The notes: generated from the sequence alone by a model not told the origin. A stretch of DNA of 64,000 nt from Eledone cirrhosa (GCA_964016885.1 CAXHJY010000144.1:1-64000), one strand, 5' to 3'; positions 47,925 to 64,000 are shown, counted from the first letter of the stretch. Made by a program: numbers and translations.

Positions 47925-48992
47925 TCATCATCATCATCATCATCAACGTTTAACGTCCGTGTTCCACGCTTGCATGGGTTTGGACGGGGGTAGTCCCACT
48001 TGAGGCAAGAGTGATTGTCTTGCTCGCATAGGACTGTCTGGCAGGTTTTCTACAGTTGGATGCCCTTCCTAACACCAACCACATTTACAGTGTGGGTCTG
48101 GGAGGTTTTTACCGTGTTGCCCACACGGCCACATTACAGCGTGGACTGTGTGTTTTTTTGTCGTGACACCTACACGATCTCATTTGTTTCGGCCTCGATG
48201 GCGCGGCACCAACATAACTTTACATAGAACGGGGTGGTGTGGATCGGGTGGGGGTGGGGGTGGTGGGACGGGGTGTATTTTGTTAGAGATGCCTACTGGC
48301 TGGAGTAGGTTTTACTATATATTTAGGTAAGGCGGGTCTTCTCTGTTACTGAGTACCGCCAAAGGTCTCGGTCCAGTGACATTGTCTTGGAGAGGTGTAA
48401 GTGTGTGATGTCGGAGTTTATCAGCTCGTCCCAGGTTTTTCTAGGTCTGCCTATTCCGTGACTACCGTCTATCTTTATTGCCCTGCACTTTGTTATACAG
48501 CTATCGACTTTCATGCGCATCACGTGTCCATACCAACGTAGCCTTCTCTCGAGTAAACAACATCTGATCCCTCTTATCTCTAATTTTTTCCTTAGTTCGT
48601 TTATGCTTTGCCGTTCACGTATATTACTGTTACACATCCAGCGGAGCATGCAAGCTTCGTTCCTCTCTAGTCTGCGTATATCCTCTGCACACAATGCCCA
48701 GGTCTCACTGCCATGCAGCATTGCTGTTCGTATGCAGGCATCGTACAACCTGCCTTTCATTTTTAGTGAGAACCCTTTAGCAGCTAATAGTGGTATAAGC
48801 TCTCTGAACTTTTTCCAACCAGTTCTGACTCTAGCTACAGTACTTTCAGAGCACCCTCCCCCACTGCTGATTTTATCGCCCAGGTAACGGAAGCTGTCCA
48901 CTATTTCTATAGAACCCTCTGCGCAATTGAAAGAGCTAGTAGTTTGTGGGCACTTGCTGCTACTTATTGCACCAGAGCACCGGCCACATGTA
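47925..48992 (-). mobile_element. Young RTE 3' fragment, convergent with the previous copy
   Basis: Near-identical reverse complement of 46040-47109. Confidence 0.93.
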
Positions 48993-49147
48993 AATATATA
49001 TATATATACACATATATATATATATATATATACACATATATATATATATATATATACACATATATATATATATATATATACACATATATATATATATATA
49101 CACATATATATATATATATATATACACATATATATATATATATATAT

Positions 49148-49182
<35 letters not shown>

Positions 49183-49207
49183 CACATATATATATATATA
49201 TATACAC

Positions 49208-49238
<31 letters not shown>

Positions 49239-49282
49239 TAGGAATGTCTTTAGTTGACATATATATATATATATATATATAT

Positions 49283-49650
49283 CATCATCATCATCATCAA
49301 CGTTTAACGTCCGTGTTCCACGCTTGCATGGGTTTGGACGGGGGTAGTCCCACTTGAGGCAAGAGTGATTGTCTTGCTCGCATAGGACTGTCTGGCAGGT
49401 TTTCTACAGTTGGATGCCCTTCCTAACACCAACCACATTTACAGTGTGGGGCTGGGAGGTTTTTACCGTGTTGCCTACACGGCCACATTACAGCGTGGAC
49501 TGTGTGTTTTTTTGTCGTGACACCTACACGATCTCATTTGTTTCGGCCTGGATGGTGTGGCACCAACATAACTTTACATAGAACGGGGTGGTATGGATGG
49601 GGGGGGGGGGTATTTTGTTAGAGATGCCTACTGGCTGTAGTAGGTTTTAC
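49283..49650 (-). mobile_element. RTE 3' UTR fragment
   Basis: Same 3' UTR and tail as the neighbouring copies. Confidence 0.9.
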
Positions 49651-49682
49651 TATGTATTTATATTGTATGTATCTATATATAT

Positions 49683-49747
<65 letters not shown>

Positions 49748-49898
49748 TATATATATATATATAAGTAGAAGGAGTATTTAATTTGTTGGAAGTCTGACAA
49801 ATATAAATGTTTATAACTGATTTAGAGCACTCAACGGATACTGGAGTAAATATTCAATGATATTAAATAAATGGAAACTATATTTATAAAACCATATT

Positions 49899-49960
49899 TA
49901 TTTTATTATATATATTTCAAGGGTACCAAGGACATTGGTACGCTTTCATCAGATAAAATA
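49899..49960 (-). ncRNA. Type I hammerhead in the inverted pLTR
   Basis: Same motif with a better stem II (aagcgtaccaa/ttggtaccctt). Confidence 0.8.
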
Positions 49961-52904
49961 CAAAGTTTGTTTTATAAATAGAGACATACCCATGAAAATC
50001 ATACCTTATCGGTTGGATATTCACTGGATAGTGGAAATATATTAGTGATTTTTCAAACTTATGTGTGAATATGCAAATGAATATGTAAATAATTGAAAAG
50101 CAACCGTTTATTTAAACGACTATGGAAAAAGAGAGAGATAAGAGGAGAGGATAAAATAGTGCGAGAGAGAAGAAAGAGAAGATGAATAAAACCCATATAA
50201 CGTTAATTTGAGGGAAATATACTGTAAGTATATATCTTAATAGTACGTGTATTTACGATTATTAGTTGTTTAAAATTTGTTTATAATATAATATTTTTCT
50301 TCTGTTATAAGTAGATAAATAAATGGGTATATCATGTTATAGATAATTGTTTAATGAGTTATGAGGGATATTGGTTTTGTATTTAATGTAAATAAATATT
50401 AAGTTAAATTAGATTAACTGAGTTAAGAATATTTATATTTATATGATTTAAAATGGGAAGATACGGAAAAAAACTCTGGTTTAATTTATTTATTCGTTAG
50501 TGTGAGACTATTTAGTCAAATAAGCTCTTATCTATGCATCTAAACATACAGATTTATCTAGCGAAGAAATGAATATCATTTTAACTGCACGGAAAACTAT
50601 TATTGAATTCAACAATCATCTCTGGACAAGAGCCGATAGAAAAAATAATTTTGATATCACCATGGGATCATCTGACTCAGCGCAAATAACGGATCTTGTG
50701 GGGCTATTTATTAATAATACACTGCATAGAAAAATACCAGAGATGACCGGTGGTTTATATCGTGATGATATGCTGCTTTTAATTGAAAATCATAGTAATT
50801 GTGAAATTAATAGGAAAAGAAAATCCATAATAGCTACAACCTTAAATTAGAAATAGAGAATAACTATAAAATTGTTAACTTTTTAGACGTTACATTAAAC
50901 CTTAACACAGGGCTCTACTATCCATTCCATAAAATTAATGAGAATCTAAATTATGTAAGTTTTAACTCTAATCATCCTAGATCTATCAAGAACACTATCG
51001 TCAATTCTGTCCAACAACGCATCTCTGCTAATAAAAACATTTTTGACGATAAGGCAAAATATTATAATGAAGCTTTAAATAGAGCAGTGTATATAAATAA
51101 GATTAAATACATCGACAACAGTAATAAGCCAACTAACCCTACTATTAATTGTAATAATAATAAAAAATTTAACTTAAACTCTAAAACTAACAGAAGAAAT
51201 AGAACTAGAAATATTATTTGGTACTCACCCCCATTCTCATTAAGCGTAAAAACACCTTTAGCAAAGCTATTCTTTAAAGCACTAAATAAATGTTTTCCTA
51301 AAGCCCACAGATACCACTCAATCTTTAACAGACATACTATAAAACTATCCTACTCTACTACTATGAACATAGCACAAAATATTAATAGAATTAATAATAG
51401 AAATTTAAACCCTAACCAAAATAGCAGTAATATCTCTAGCAATATCCAACATAATAGTACCGTTCCGAACAACAACAACTCCGCAGAATGTAACTAGAAT
51501 TAAATCAAACTGTCCCTTACAAAATAAGTGTTTAGATAAAAATGTGGTTTAAATGTGTACAGTTAAAACTAGTGATAATATATTTAACTATGTCGGTGCA
51601 ACTTCTACAGAATTTAAAAGTCGCTGGAATAACCACAAATGCTCTTTCCGAAAATTTGATAAAAAATCTTCAACTTCTCTTTCAAACCTGACATGGAACT
51701 TAAAATGCAAGAATACGGACTATCATTAGCTTGGGAAACAGTTTCAAAGGTGTACCGAAACACAGCTTTATCTAGATTCTGCAAATTGTGTATTGAGGAA
51801 ATTTTTTTCATACTTAAATGTAAAAACTCTATTAATCTAAGAACAAATTTATTTATTCTTGTAGACATCGCCAGAATTCAACATTCAGAACTATATATAA
51901 CTTATAATTATACTTATAGTATTTTTACAACAATCTCATCCACTTGGTTTTAATATTTTGATATCTCTAAATGATATCTATAACATTTGCTGTAATTCCA
52001 CTTCTTAAAGTTTCATAAAATATATACGTATATAATTCTAATCTATTTTTTTTTATTTTAATTTTAATTCTAATAATTTGTATTTCTTTATTTTTATTTC
52101 TTAAATTTTTATTTCTTTAAAAATTACTTATCTCTTATAAATTTTTTTTTTTTTTTAAAACATCTCAAATTTTTCAATACTTTTTCAATATTTTTTCAAT
52201 AGATTTATAACCACTAACTGATTCTGGCTAAATGTATCTTTCAACATCTATACTTATTTTGACTAAATAGTCTCACACTAACGAATAAATAAATTAAACC
52301 GGAGTTTTTTTCAGTATCTTCCCATTTTAGATCATATAAATATTCTTATTAACTACAGAATATAAATTAATAAAAATATAAATATTCTTATTAACTCAGT
52401 TAATTTAATTTAATTTAACTTAATATTTATTTACATTAAATACAAAACCAATATCCCTCATAACTCATTAAACAATTATCTATAACATGATATACCCATT
52501 TATTTATTTATTTATGCATTTATTTATTTATTTATCTACTTATAACAGAAGAAAAATATTATATTATAAACAAATTTTAAACAACTATTAATCGTAAATA
52601 CACGTACTATTAAGATATATACTTCGAATATATTTCCCTCATTTAACGTTATATGGGTTTTATTCATCTTCTCTTGTTTCTTTCTTCTCTCTGTCTCTCT
52701 CGCACTATTTTATCCTCTCCTCTTATCTCTTCTCTCTCTCTCCATAGTCGTTTAAATAAACGGTTGTTTTTCAATTATTTACATATTCATTTGCATATTC
52801 ACACAAGTTTGAAAAATCCTTAATATATTTCCACTATCCAGTGAATATCCAACCGATAAGGTATGATTTTCATGGGTATGTCTCTATTTATAAAACAAAC
52901 TTTG

Positions 52905-52966
52905 TATTTTATCTGATGAAAGTGAACCAATGTTCTTGGTACCCTTGAAATATATATAATAAAATA
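52905..52966 (+). ncRNA. Type I hammerhead in the PLE pLTR
   Basis: tattttat-CTGATGA-aag...accaa/ttggt...ctt-GAAA-tatata-TA-ataaaata. Palindromic stem III. Confidence 0.8.
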
Positions 52967-53008
52967 AATATGGTTTTATAAATATAGTTTCCATTTATTT
53001 AATATCAT

Positions 53009-53218
<210 letters not shown>

Positions 53219-53244
53219 TATATATATATATATACACATATATA

Positions 53245-53580
53245 TCATCATTTCATTTTACGTCCACCTTTCCCTGCTTGCAAGGGTGGGACGGGAACTG
53301 ATTCTGGCTTGATTTCTACAGCTGGATGCCCTTCCTAACACCAACCTCATTTACAGTGAGTGCTGGGTGCTTTTTTGCCGTGGCACCTCCACGACCACTT
53401 TGCAGTGGAATGATAGGGACCCCAGTCCCTATCATCTCATTTCTACAGCTGAGTAAACTGGAGCAATGTGAAATAAAGTGTCTTGCTCAAGGAAACAACA
53501 CATCACCCAGTCTGAGAATTGAACTCACAACCTTTCGATTGCAAGGCCAATGCTCTAACCACTAAGCCATGTGCCTCCAC
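53245..53580 (-). mobile_element. Full-length family-B SINE with RTE-derived tail
   Basis: tRNA-like head at 53510-53580. The tail 53245-53400 matches the RTE-type 3' UTR at 59150-59295. Confidence 0.82.
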
Positions 53581-53759
<179 letters not shown>

Positions 53760-53772
53760 TATATATATACAC

Positions 53773-53857
<85 letters not shown>

Positions 53858-53870
53858 TATATATATACAC

Positions 53871-53917
<47 letters not shown>

Positions 53918-53927
53918 TATATATACA

Positions 53928-53971
<44 letters not shown>

Positions 53972-54080
53972 TATACATATATATATATACATATATATAT
54001 ACATATATATATATATACATATATATATACATATATATATACATATATATATACATATACATATCTATGTATATATATAT

Positions 54081-55130
54081 ATAAAAGAAAACACAGGTAA
54101 GCATTAAGAGAAGGATTTTATCCAGGTATTTACGACCGTTTCATTGGTAAGTGCAACCTTATATTGCTATACTGCAAATAGCAGCCACTCAATTATAATT
54201 GTTGTTCACAATTATAATTGAGTTCAATTTATTGTAACCATAGACTCAAAGAGAAGTTTTCGCACTACAAGTGCAAATCAAACCCTTAACCTCTTACTAC
54301 CAACTAACAAACTGCATATACTTAGACTTTATACCCTCTTGTTGTATCTAAACCCTTTTAATTACCCACAAAAACCAATACCTATATCCCTCCCTTCTCC
54401 TTCATTCCTCTTCTATTTCTTCGTTTTCTTCCTTCCTTCCCTCCCCCTTTTGGCTATCTTTTCTTTTCTTCTTTCTCCCCTTTTCTTTGCTTTTATTTTT
54501 GTCATTATTATCTTTATCTTTATTTTTTATATATATATTTATCTCTTTATATCTCCCCCCCCCTCTCTCTCTCTATTCATCCCTCCCACTATGATCAATT
54601 TAATTCTCTTTAACTCACTACATTCCACGACATGAAGTCTACATATCAAAACTGATCAAGGAATCCTTCCACCTCTACCCCTCCCTCCATCTCAGTTTGT
54701 CACTCTACTTCCTAACTCTTACCCCTTCCGCTCTCTCTATACTATTCCGTTTGTCCCCTCACCTAATTCCTCTCTCTCTATACTAGTAAATACAATTCCA
54801 AATAAATGTTTTTCTCTATATATTAAGAACTATTTCAAGAGTAACTTACTCACTATTTTTGAAAATTTGGACTGTGAACAACAATTATAATTGAGTGGCT
54901 GCTATTTGCAGTATAGCAATATAAGGTTGCACTTACCAATGAAACGGTCGTAAATACCTGGATAAAATCCTTCTCTTAATGCTTACCTGTGTTTTCTCTT
55001 TTATACTTTATACTCCAAGATTGAATGGAATTCTTACAAACTTGTGGAGTTACCCCTAACCGTACGTTGAAACCATCCATGAAACTGGCTTTCTTAACCA
55101 CGAACTGGATCACAATAAGCAATTTTCTGC
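54081..55130 (+). mobile_element. PLE-like 3' remnant with ~130-bp inverted arms
   Basis: 54081-54210 is the reverse complement of 54872-55003. CNHRLKEKF resembles a PLE ORF end. Confidence 0.55.
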
Positions 55131-55299
55131 TTCCCTAACTATATATATATATATATATGTGTATGTATATATATATATGTGTATGTATATATATATATGT
55201 GTATATATATATATATATGTGTATGTATATATATATATATGTGTATATATATATATGTGTGTATATATATATATATATGTGTATATACATATATATATG

Positions 55300-56215
55300 C
55301 TCAAGGCGTAGGAGACTTGATTGATGAGACCAAACCAAGAGCGCATGCTGGAGATGTTGGTTGGTGTGGGGAAGTCAATGATGGCTGGAGGTATTTCTTG
55401 CACAGTCTGATGCTGTTGCATGTGATCTCGAAGCCAGCAAATTCGACTGTGTCCTTGGCAAAGACAAATTTCTCTGGGTTTAAGGTTATTCCGTTTCTGC
55501 CGCAGAGCTCTAGCCATTCACAGGCACGGAAGAAGCTATCTTCAATGTTGTCAGACCACAGCAAGGTGTCGTCGACGCATTTAGTCTTATTCTGTATGTC
55601 AGAGATGATCTCATTGAATCTCCTTGTGTATCCATCACCTGACGCAATGTAGCCTTGGAGGGCAGTCAGGTAGCGGTATCTTCCCCATGGCGTGATGAAT
55701 GTGGTTAATTCATAAGGGGAAGGGGTTGGTGTTTGCATGTATTGAACGTGCTTGATTTGTACTGATCAAGAAGGTAGCGCTCAAATTCCTCGCGATTTTT
55801 CTCTCTTGCGGGGTAGGGTAATTTGGTTGGCAGGGGTGGTGGCAGTGTTCGTCTTGGGCATTCGCATTCCACTTTGTCTTGGTCCTGTAATTGATGTGTT
55901 TGGTTGTAACCTGAAGATGCAGCTGCATTCACGCTACCACTGACCTCGCCGATAGTTGGAAAGTTATCTGTGATCATCCCAAGTGAGATGCATCCCTCTT
56001 TACTAAGGAAGAACTTGTCTGTGATGTATACAAGTTGGCAAGTTTCGATCAGTTCACCAGTGGAGTCTTGACCTGAAAGGCTAACAACGACGGCTCCAAG
56101 GATGGGGATGCCTTTATTGTTCGCAGCATGCATCCTCAGTGTTACTGGGATGAGGTCAGAGGTCTTGAGTCCAAGCTTGTGCAGGACCTTCACCCTTGCT
56201 GTGGTCTCCATCATA
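55300..56215 (-). mobile_element. Ty3/gypsy-type LTR retrotransposon pol fragment
   Basis: TTFITPWGRYRYL...QGYIASGDGY...CVDDTLLW...LNPEKF. Protease-linker region in 55705-56265. Internal deletion. Confidence 0.85.
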
Positions 56216-56369
56216 AATGAGCACAAACTCTTTTCGTAATACATCCACTTTATTTGTATCAACAAATGATGGACATCTGAAACAGATGAAAAGAACTATT
56301 AGGAATAAATAGTCTCAGAACGCTATAACATGTTTTGCATATCGTTACACAATGATATATAATCCTCTA

Positions 56370-59038
<2,669 letters not shown>

Positions 59039-59040
<2 letters not shown>

Positions 59041-59395
59041 ATCATCATCATCACCGTTTTACGTCCGTTCTTCCACGCTAGCATGGGTTAGACGGGTTGT
59101 CCTGTTGTGGGCAGTGTCTGGTCGGCTGACCATGCCTTGCTCATACAGGAACTGATCTGGCTTGATTTCTACAGCTGGATGCCCTTCCTAACACCAACCT
59201 CATTTACAGTGAGTGCTGGGTGCTTTTTCGTGGCGCCTACACGTCCACTTTACAGTGTGGGCTGGGTGCTTTTTTGCCGTGGCACCTCCACGACCACCTT
59301 GCGGTGGGGGGGGGGGGGGGGGGCATATTGTTTATATGCTTCAGCATGTACCCATGGGAGGTCGGGTACCCTGTATTACTGCGTGACGCCAGAAG
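59039..59395 (-). mobile_element. 3' UTR of a second RTE subfamily
   Basis: Matches 33817-33965 and 13620-13678. Confidence 0.8.
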
Positions 59396-59461
59396 TCTAT
59401 GTATATATGTATATATATATATATGTATATATATATATGTATATATATATATGTATATATA

Positions 59462-60070
59462 TGGTGGCTGCCAACTCGTTTTCGAGTACGGCCACTACTT
59501 TATATCCATGTAGGAGAACCCCTACCGATGCGCTGAACGAGTGTGACTTTTTAGTCCAGCCAGCGACTTGAAAACTCTGGTACAAACACTACACTTGTGA
59601 CAATTACTGACACATAGTGTTGGGCCCATGGTACCATGTGACGACAAGTGCAGAGAGATCTCCAGATATAAAGCAATGCCTGTGCCGTGAAGCTTTTATA
59701 GTGAGCAAAGGCACTGCACAAAGCCAGTCCCACTCTCTTAACCAAGATGATATTTACCAAAAAGAAGAACAAGTCAACATCATTGGATACCATCAGGGTT
59801 GCAGGTGTTATATCAGAGTTTTCCTTCTCCTAGAATTCTGCCTTGACAAAGGCTAAGGGGTCATCTCTCCCGGTGATTTTGGATGGCCATTGACTCTTAA
59901 GAGCTCCTTTGCCCTTTGACAGGTTTTGTTTTTAGTCCTGCAGGATGTCCAAAGTCACCCTCCTCACCAAGAAACCTTGGTGGGGTTGCCAGTTTAGTCG
60001 CCAACGACCCGACCATGGGACAGGTTGTACTGGGATACATGTTACCAGTAGCACCAACTGGTGACCTGAC
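59462..60070 (-). mobile_element. Short internally deleted RTE/BovB-like element
   Basis: C-terminal finger remnant HKCSVCTRV.KSLAGLKSHTR (frameshifted) and a structured GC-richer 5' end. TA-flanked. Confidence 0.5.
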
Positions 60071-60212
60071 ATACATATATATATATATATGTGTATATAT
60101 ACATACATATATATATGTATATATATATATGTATATATACATACATATATATATGTATATATATATATGTATATATACATACATATATATATATATATGT
60201 ATATATACATAC

Positions 60213-60248
<36 letters not shown>

Positions 60249-60392
60249 GTATATATATATGTATATATACATATATATATGTATATATATATATATATGT
60301 GTATATATATATATGTATATATACAAACATATATATATGTATATATATATATATGTATATATACAAACATATATATATGTATATATATATAT

Positions 60393-60811
60393 ATTAGAAA
60401 GTGGGTTTTTTTTTTACAAAATGAAAAATAACCGAGGTGTCCTACATAAGTGAAAGTATAAAGAAAAAAAGATGAAATCGAAAATGCAACTGGAGTCTTA
60501 TTTTTAAAAACATATATATATTTATTTGTTTCCTTTACCGGTTTCACAGTTCTTCTGCTTTTCAAAAGTAGGGTTGAGATGGAGGGTCTGTGGTTTTTCT
60601 CATAAGATGTGAGAAAAACCACAGACCCTCCATCTCAACTCTACTTTTGAAAAGCAGAAGAACTGCGAAACCGGTAAAGGAAACAAATAAATATATATAT
60701 TTTTTTTTTAAATAAGACTCCAGTTGCATTTTCGATTTCATCTTTTTTTCTTTATACTTTCACTTATGTAGGACACCTCGGTTATTTTTCATTTTGTAAA
60801 AAAAAACCCAC

Positions 60812-60819
<8 letters not shown>
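60393..60819. repeat. Near-perfect palindrome with ~210-bp arms
   Basis: Arms mirror about ~60606 with a ~7-nt loop. Confidence 0.95.
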
Positions 60820-60851
<32 letters not shown>

Positions 60852-61422
60852 AGATTGCCTAGGACTTACCTCTCCCTCAAAGCCCCTCATGGGTGGGTAG
60901 ATAATGGCTGTAACAACCTCCTTTTCCCCACTTGCCGAAGAAGATAGGGGAAACCCCAGCATACATAGGTAGATGTACTTATTTTCTTTTTTCCCTTTAT
61001 CTCTTCTTCTCACTTCCTTCCACTCCCTCTCCTCTTCCTTTTTCCTCTTTTGCTTTCCCTGAGGCAGCTCATCGGGCTTTTGTAGCCTCAGTACCCCTAC
61101 CCCAGTAAATTCTATATAGCATTGGCCGAAAACGCAATAGCAGCTGTTTTAGACTCTAGTTCTTTTATTATTTTTTATCATTTAATTTTTTTTTTAATCC
61201 TTGTGACAACTACAATCTTCCCATATAAGGAATTACCCCTTGAAAAGTTTGGCTATTTATTACGACGCTAAAAATTCTAATTTAGTCCAGAAATAGCCGT
61301 CAAAACGGCTTGAGCTCTGCCATCGGGGTCTTGAACATTTTCCAATTGCCCACTCTACTACCCTAAGTATTGAGTACTCTGGTGCGTTATGGTCCATCTG
61401 ATTCCTTACCACACTTCCTTTG

Positions 61423-61477
<55 letters not shown>

Positions 61478-61479
61478 TA

Positions 61480-63900
61480 GTTATATAGTAAGGTGTATTA
61501 TTGGTTGTGTCATACGGTCCAATAAACTTTTGTTACCAATATTAAGTTCTCCACGCTTTTGTATATCTCCAATTCCATTTATGGGAACAGCTAGATCGAC
61601 CCACAGGCAGTTATCAGTTCTAATAGACCAGTAGCAACCAAGGAGACAGGTAACACTAATATAGATAATAAGAACAAGAAGCATCGGACCAGAAAAATCC
61701 TGTGGTACAACCCCCCCATACTCCACCGGCCTGACCACGAGTATAGCTAAGCTTTTGTTTAGGGCTTTAGACAAATGCTTCCCTAGATCACATAGATACT
61801 ATAAAATATTCAGTAGGAATACCATGAAGGTGTCCTACTCCACAACCAGTAACATAGCTCAGAATATAGCTAAGATGAATTATAGTAGACTTAGGACAGC
61901 CCAAGGCAGGATGAGACGTGGCAGAGCTAATGGCAGCTCTATGGATGAACGGACTCATACGCGTGAGGCGAGTCGGGTCACCCCAACCCCTGGGAACTTA
62001 CCCATAGAGCAGACAAGAACTGAGACCCGACACCAGAGGTACCGGGGTTCCTCTAGAACTACCCAGGTCGATAACAGAAAATGTAATTGCAGGAACACCG
62101 CCACTTGCCCCATGGCTGGGAAATGCCTCACCAAAAACATAGTCTACGACTGTAAGGTCTCCACTTTAGATAGAACCTTCAGGTATGTTGAGGCAACTGC
62201 CACTGAATTTAAGGATTGATGGTATAATCACCGCCATACCTTTAATAGATTAGATAAAAAAAATAGCACGGCGCTTTCTGAATTAGTCTGGAAGCTTAAA
62301 CAACAGAATATAGAGCACTCCTTATCCTGGTCCATAATTTGCTCAGCCCAGCCTTATAACGGCAGCATGGGCGTCTGTAATTTGTGTATAGCCGAAACCT
62401 TTAATATTATTAAAGTCGACCCCTATTAATCAATAGGAGAGCAGATTTTTTCAGCAACTGCCAACATAGAACCTCGAAAACCTTCCGCAAGATTTTTTGA
62501 AAGTAACCTACCACAAGTAGCCATAGAGTTCTCTCAATTAGCAAAAAACAGACAATCACACACTCGGGTAGTAGACAGCTAAGATTTTTGCGCACTTACA
62601 AACGGTACTTGGTTTGTTTCCACAGAGTTCTCACAGCTGAGTGCACATTTACCACTACTTTAGAATACCTAGTTAGTAAATAGTTAGAATGATTACACAC
62701 TCATTTAAGACCGATTACGCGCATTCACCATTACTTTAGAATACCCTAACCATTGAGTTCTCTCGGTTAGTAAATAGTTAGACGTATTACACACTCAGTT
62801 AAGACCAATTACGCTCTTTATACATGACTCTACACACAGTACCCGGTTTCTTTAGACACAGACTTCCCACAGTTATGACTGGTCACGATCCTATCAATTG
62901 AACACTGCACTAGGTTTTGATCCGTGATCATCTAACCATGGAGTGTTCACGATTACTGATTGGACAATATTACTTACACACATCCTCGGGGTTTTGCTAT
63001 TCTTTTTTATTTTATTTTATTTCTGTGTTGGGTAACACACCTCCACCACTCAAGCACCTATCTTAAAACCCAAGGGCCCATATGACGGGAAAACGCACAT
63101 ACTGACACCTTAACTCAAATACCCAACCCTACAAAGAGCCCCTTGGTGGCCTACATGGCGATTGCTTGCATGCACAGATTTGGGGACTCAGATTCTCAAT
63201 AGGACAACGGCACATACAGAGTTCGATATGAGCCGACTACTTGCTCTTCACATGGATGTGTATATACCAAAACATACACTTTTTTAGACGATACGGATGT
63301 GTATATACCAAAACATACACTATTTACAATTCAATCTATACACGTATAGCAGAACATTGAACTGAATTTACTTGCGTGTGTATAGGGTTGCGGTTGACCC
63401 AATTTCTCCAATTTACATCGTCAAATCGAGATTTGACCAATATAACATTTGTTGTTTTATAAACTAACTTTCAGTGAATACTATGTTGGTATATATATAT
63501 ATTTTTTTTTTCTTTGACCTCGCGTCGGTGTCTGTGAGTGTGTGTGTACTCACTCACACTAACTGTGACCGACTAATTCTAAAGATTTGATGTTGAGATT
63601 AGACCCGTCCAGCGTCTTTTACAGCTATTGAGAGATGGAGACTTGATAGTTTTATGACCCTAACTGAGGACGATAGCAGCTGGCGTGTTTTGGCTGCTTG
63701 ATCTTCATATGGGGGGACAAAACTCTAGTGAGTGAACATCGTTAAATTTTCTCCCTCATATCAAGAATTTGAAGACAATTCATTTTCACCTGACGAGATC
63801 AGTGTTAAACGATCATGGCCGCACGATCGATCTATCTCTTATTGAAACGTGTCATGATTAAAATGATTGTAAATTTATACCATGCCTTCGATCTTCATTT
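61480..63900 (+). mobile_element. Penelope-like element 3' part (GIY-YIG domain and 3' region)
   Basis: RKILWYNPPY, CNCRNTATCPMAGKCL, YVEATATEFKD.WYNH, STALSELVWKLK, CNLCIAE, CQHR. Confidence 0.85.
63781..63865 (+). ncRNA. Type I hammerhead fold at the PLE 3' end
   Basis: cattttcac-CTGACGA...GAAA-cgtg-TC-atga.ttaaaatg. GUC site. One mismatch at the base of stem I. Confidence 0.6.
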
Positions 63901-64000
63901 TATACACATATATACATATATATATATATATACACACATATACTTTATGTATATATATATTTTTTTTTTTTATGACCATGCTGTAAAATGGGATAGTTGC

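Larger units (their letters stand above)
49856..53008 (+). mobile_element. 5'-truncated Penelope-like element with inverted pLTR (49856-50520 vs ~52257-53008)
   Basis: RT remnants (FDITMGSSDSAQ, YRDDML, RNIIWYSPPF) and GIY-YIG remnants (YVGATSTEFKSRWNNH, CKLCIEE). Confidence 0.88.

Noticed and set aside
61050-61150. CTGAGG...CCGAAA near a PLE remnant
   Set aside because: Core reads CTGAGGC and is sequestered in a ctgaggc/gcctcag hairpin. No stem III or NUH site.
63655-63720. CTGAGGA followed by a hairpin
   Set aside because: No GAAA after the hairpin.

Overview
AT-rich, microsatellite-dense animal genomic DNA. A coleoid cephalopod (Octopus-like) origin is inferred from the SINE families, (TA)n load and single-exon C2H2 zinc-finger gene, but is not proven. 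Most of the window is transposon-derived: a CR1/L2-type LINE, about 15 RTE-type LINE pieces (with a PHD-like finger inside the RT), an L1/Tx1 remnant, CRE remnants, two Helitron derivatives, a Ty3/gypsy fragment, tRNA-derived SINEs and several Penelope-like elements (PLEs). Host coding content is one 7-finger C2H2 gene (42825-44150, +) and a probable coding exon (20859-21269, -). The main hidden signal is RNA structure. At least six unrelated repeat families carry type I hammerhead ribozyme (HHR) folds. Two of them are non-coding tandem 'retrozyme'-like arrays (310-nt and ~413-nt units) preceded by an inverted partial copy, and one PLE family has a non-canonical CAGAAGA core. All folds were read by eye and none has been tested. 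Element boundaries are approximate. The many IYIY-type ORFs are microsatellite artefacts.
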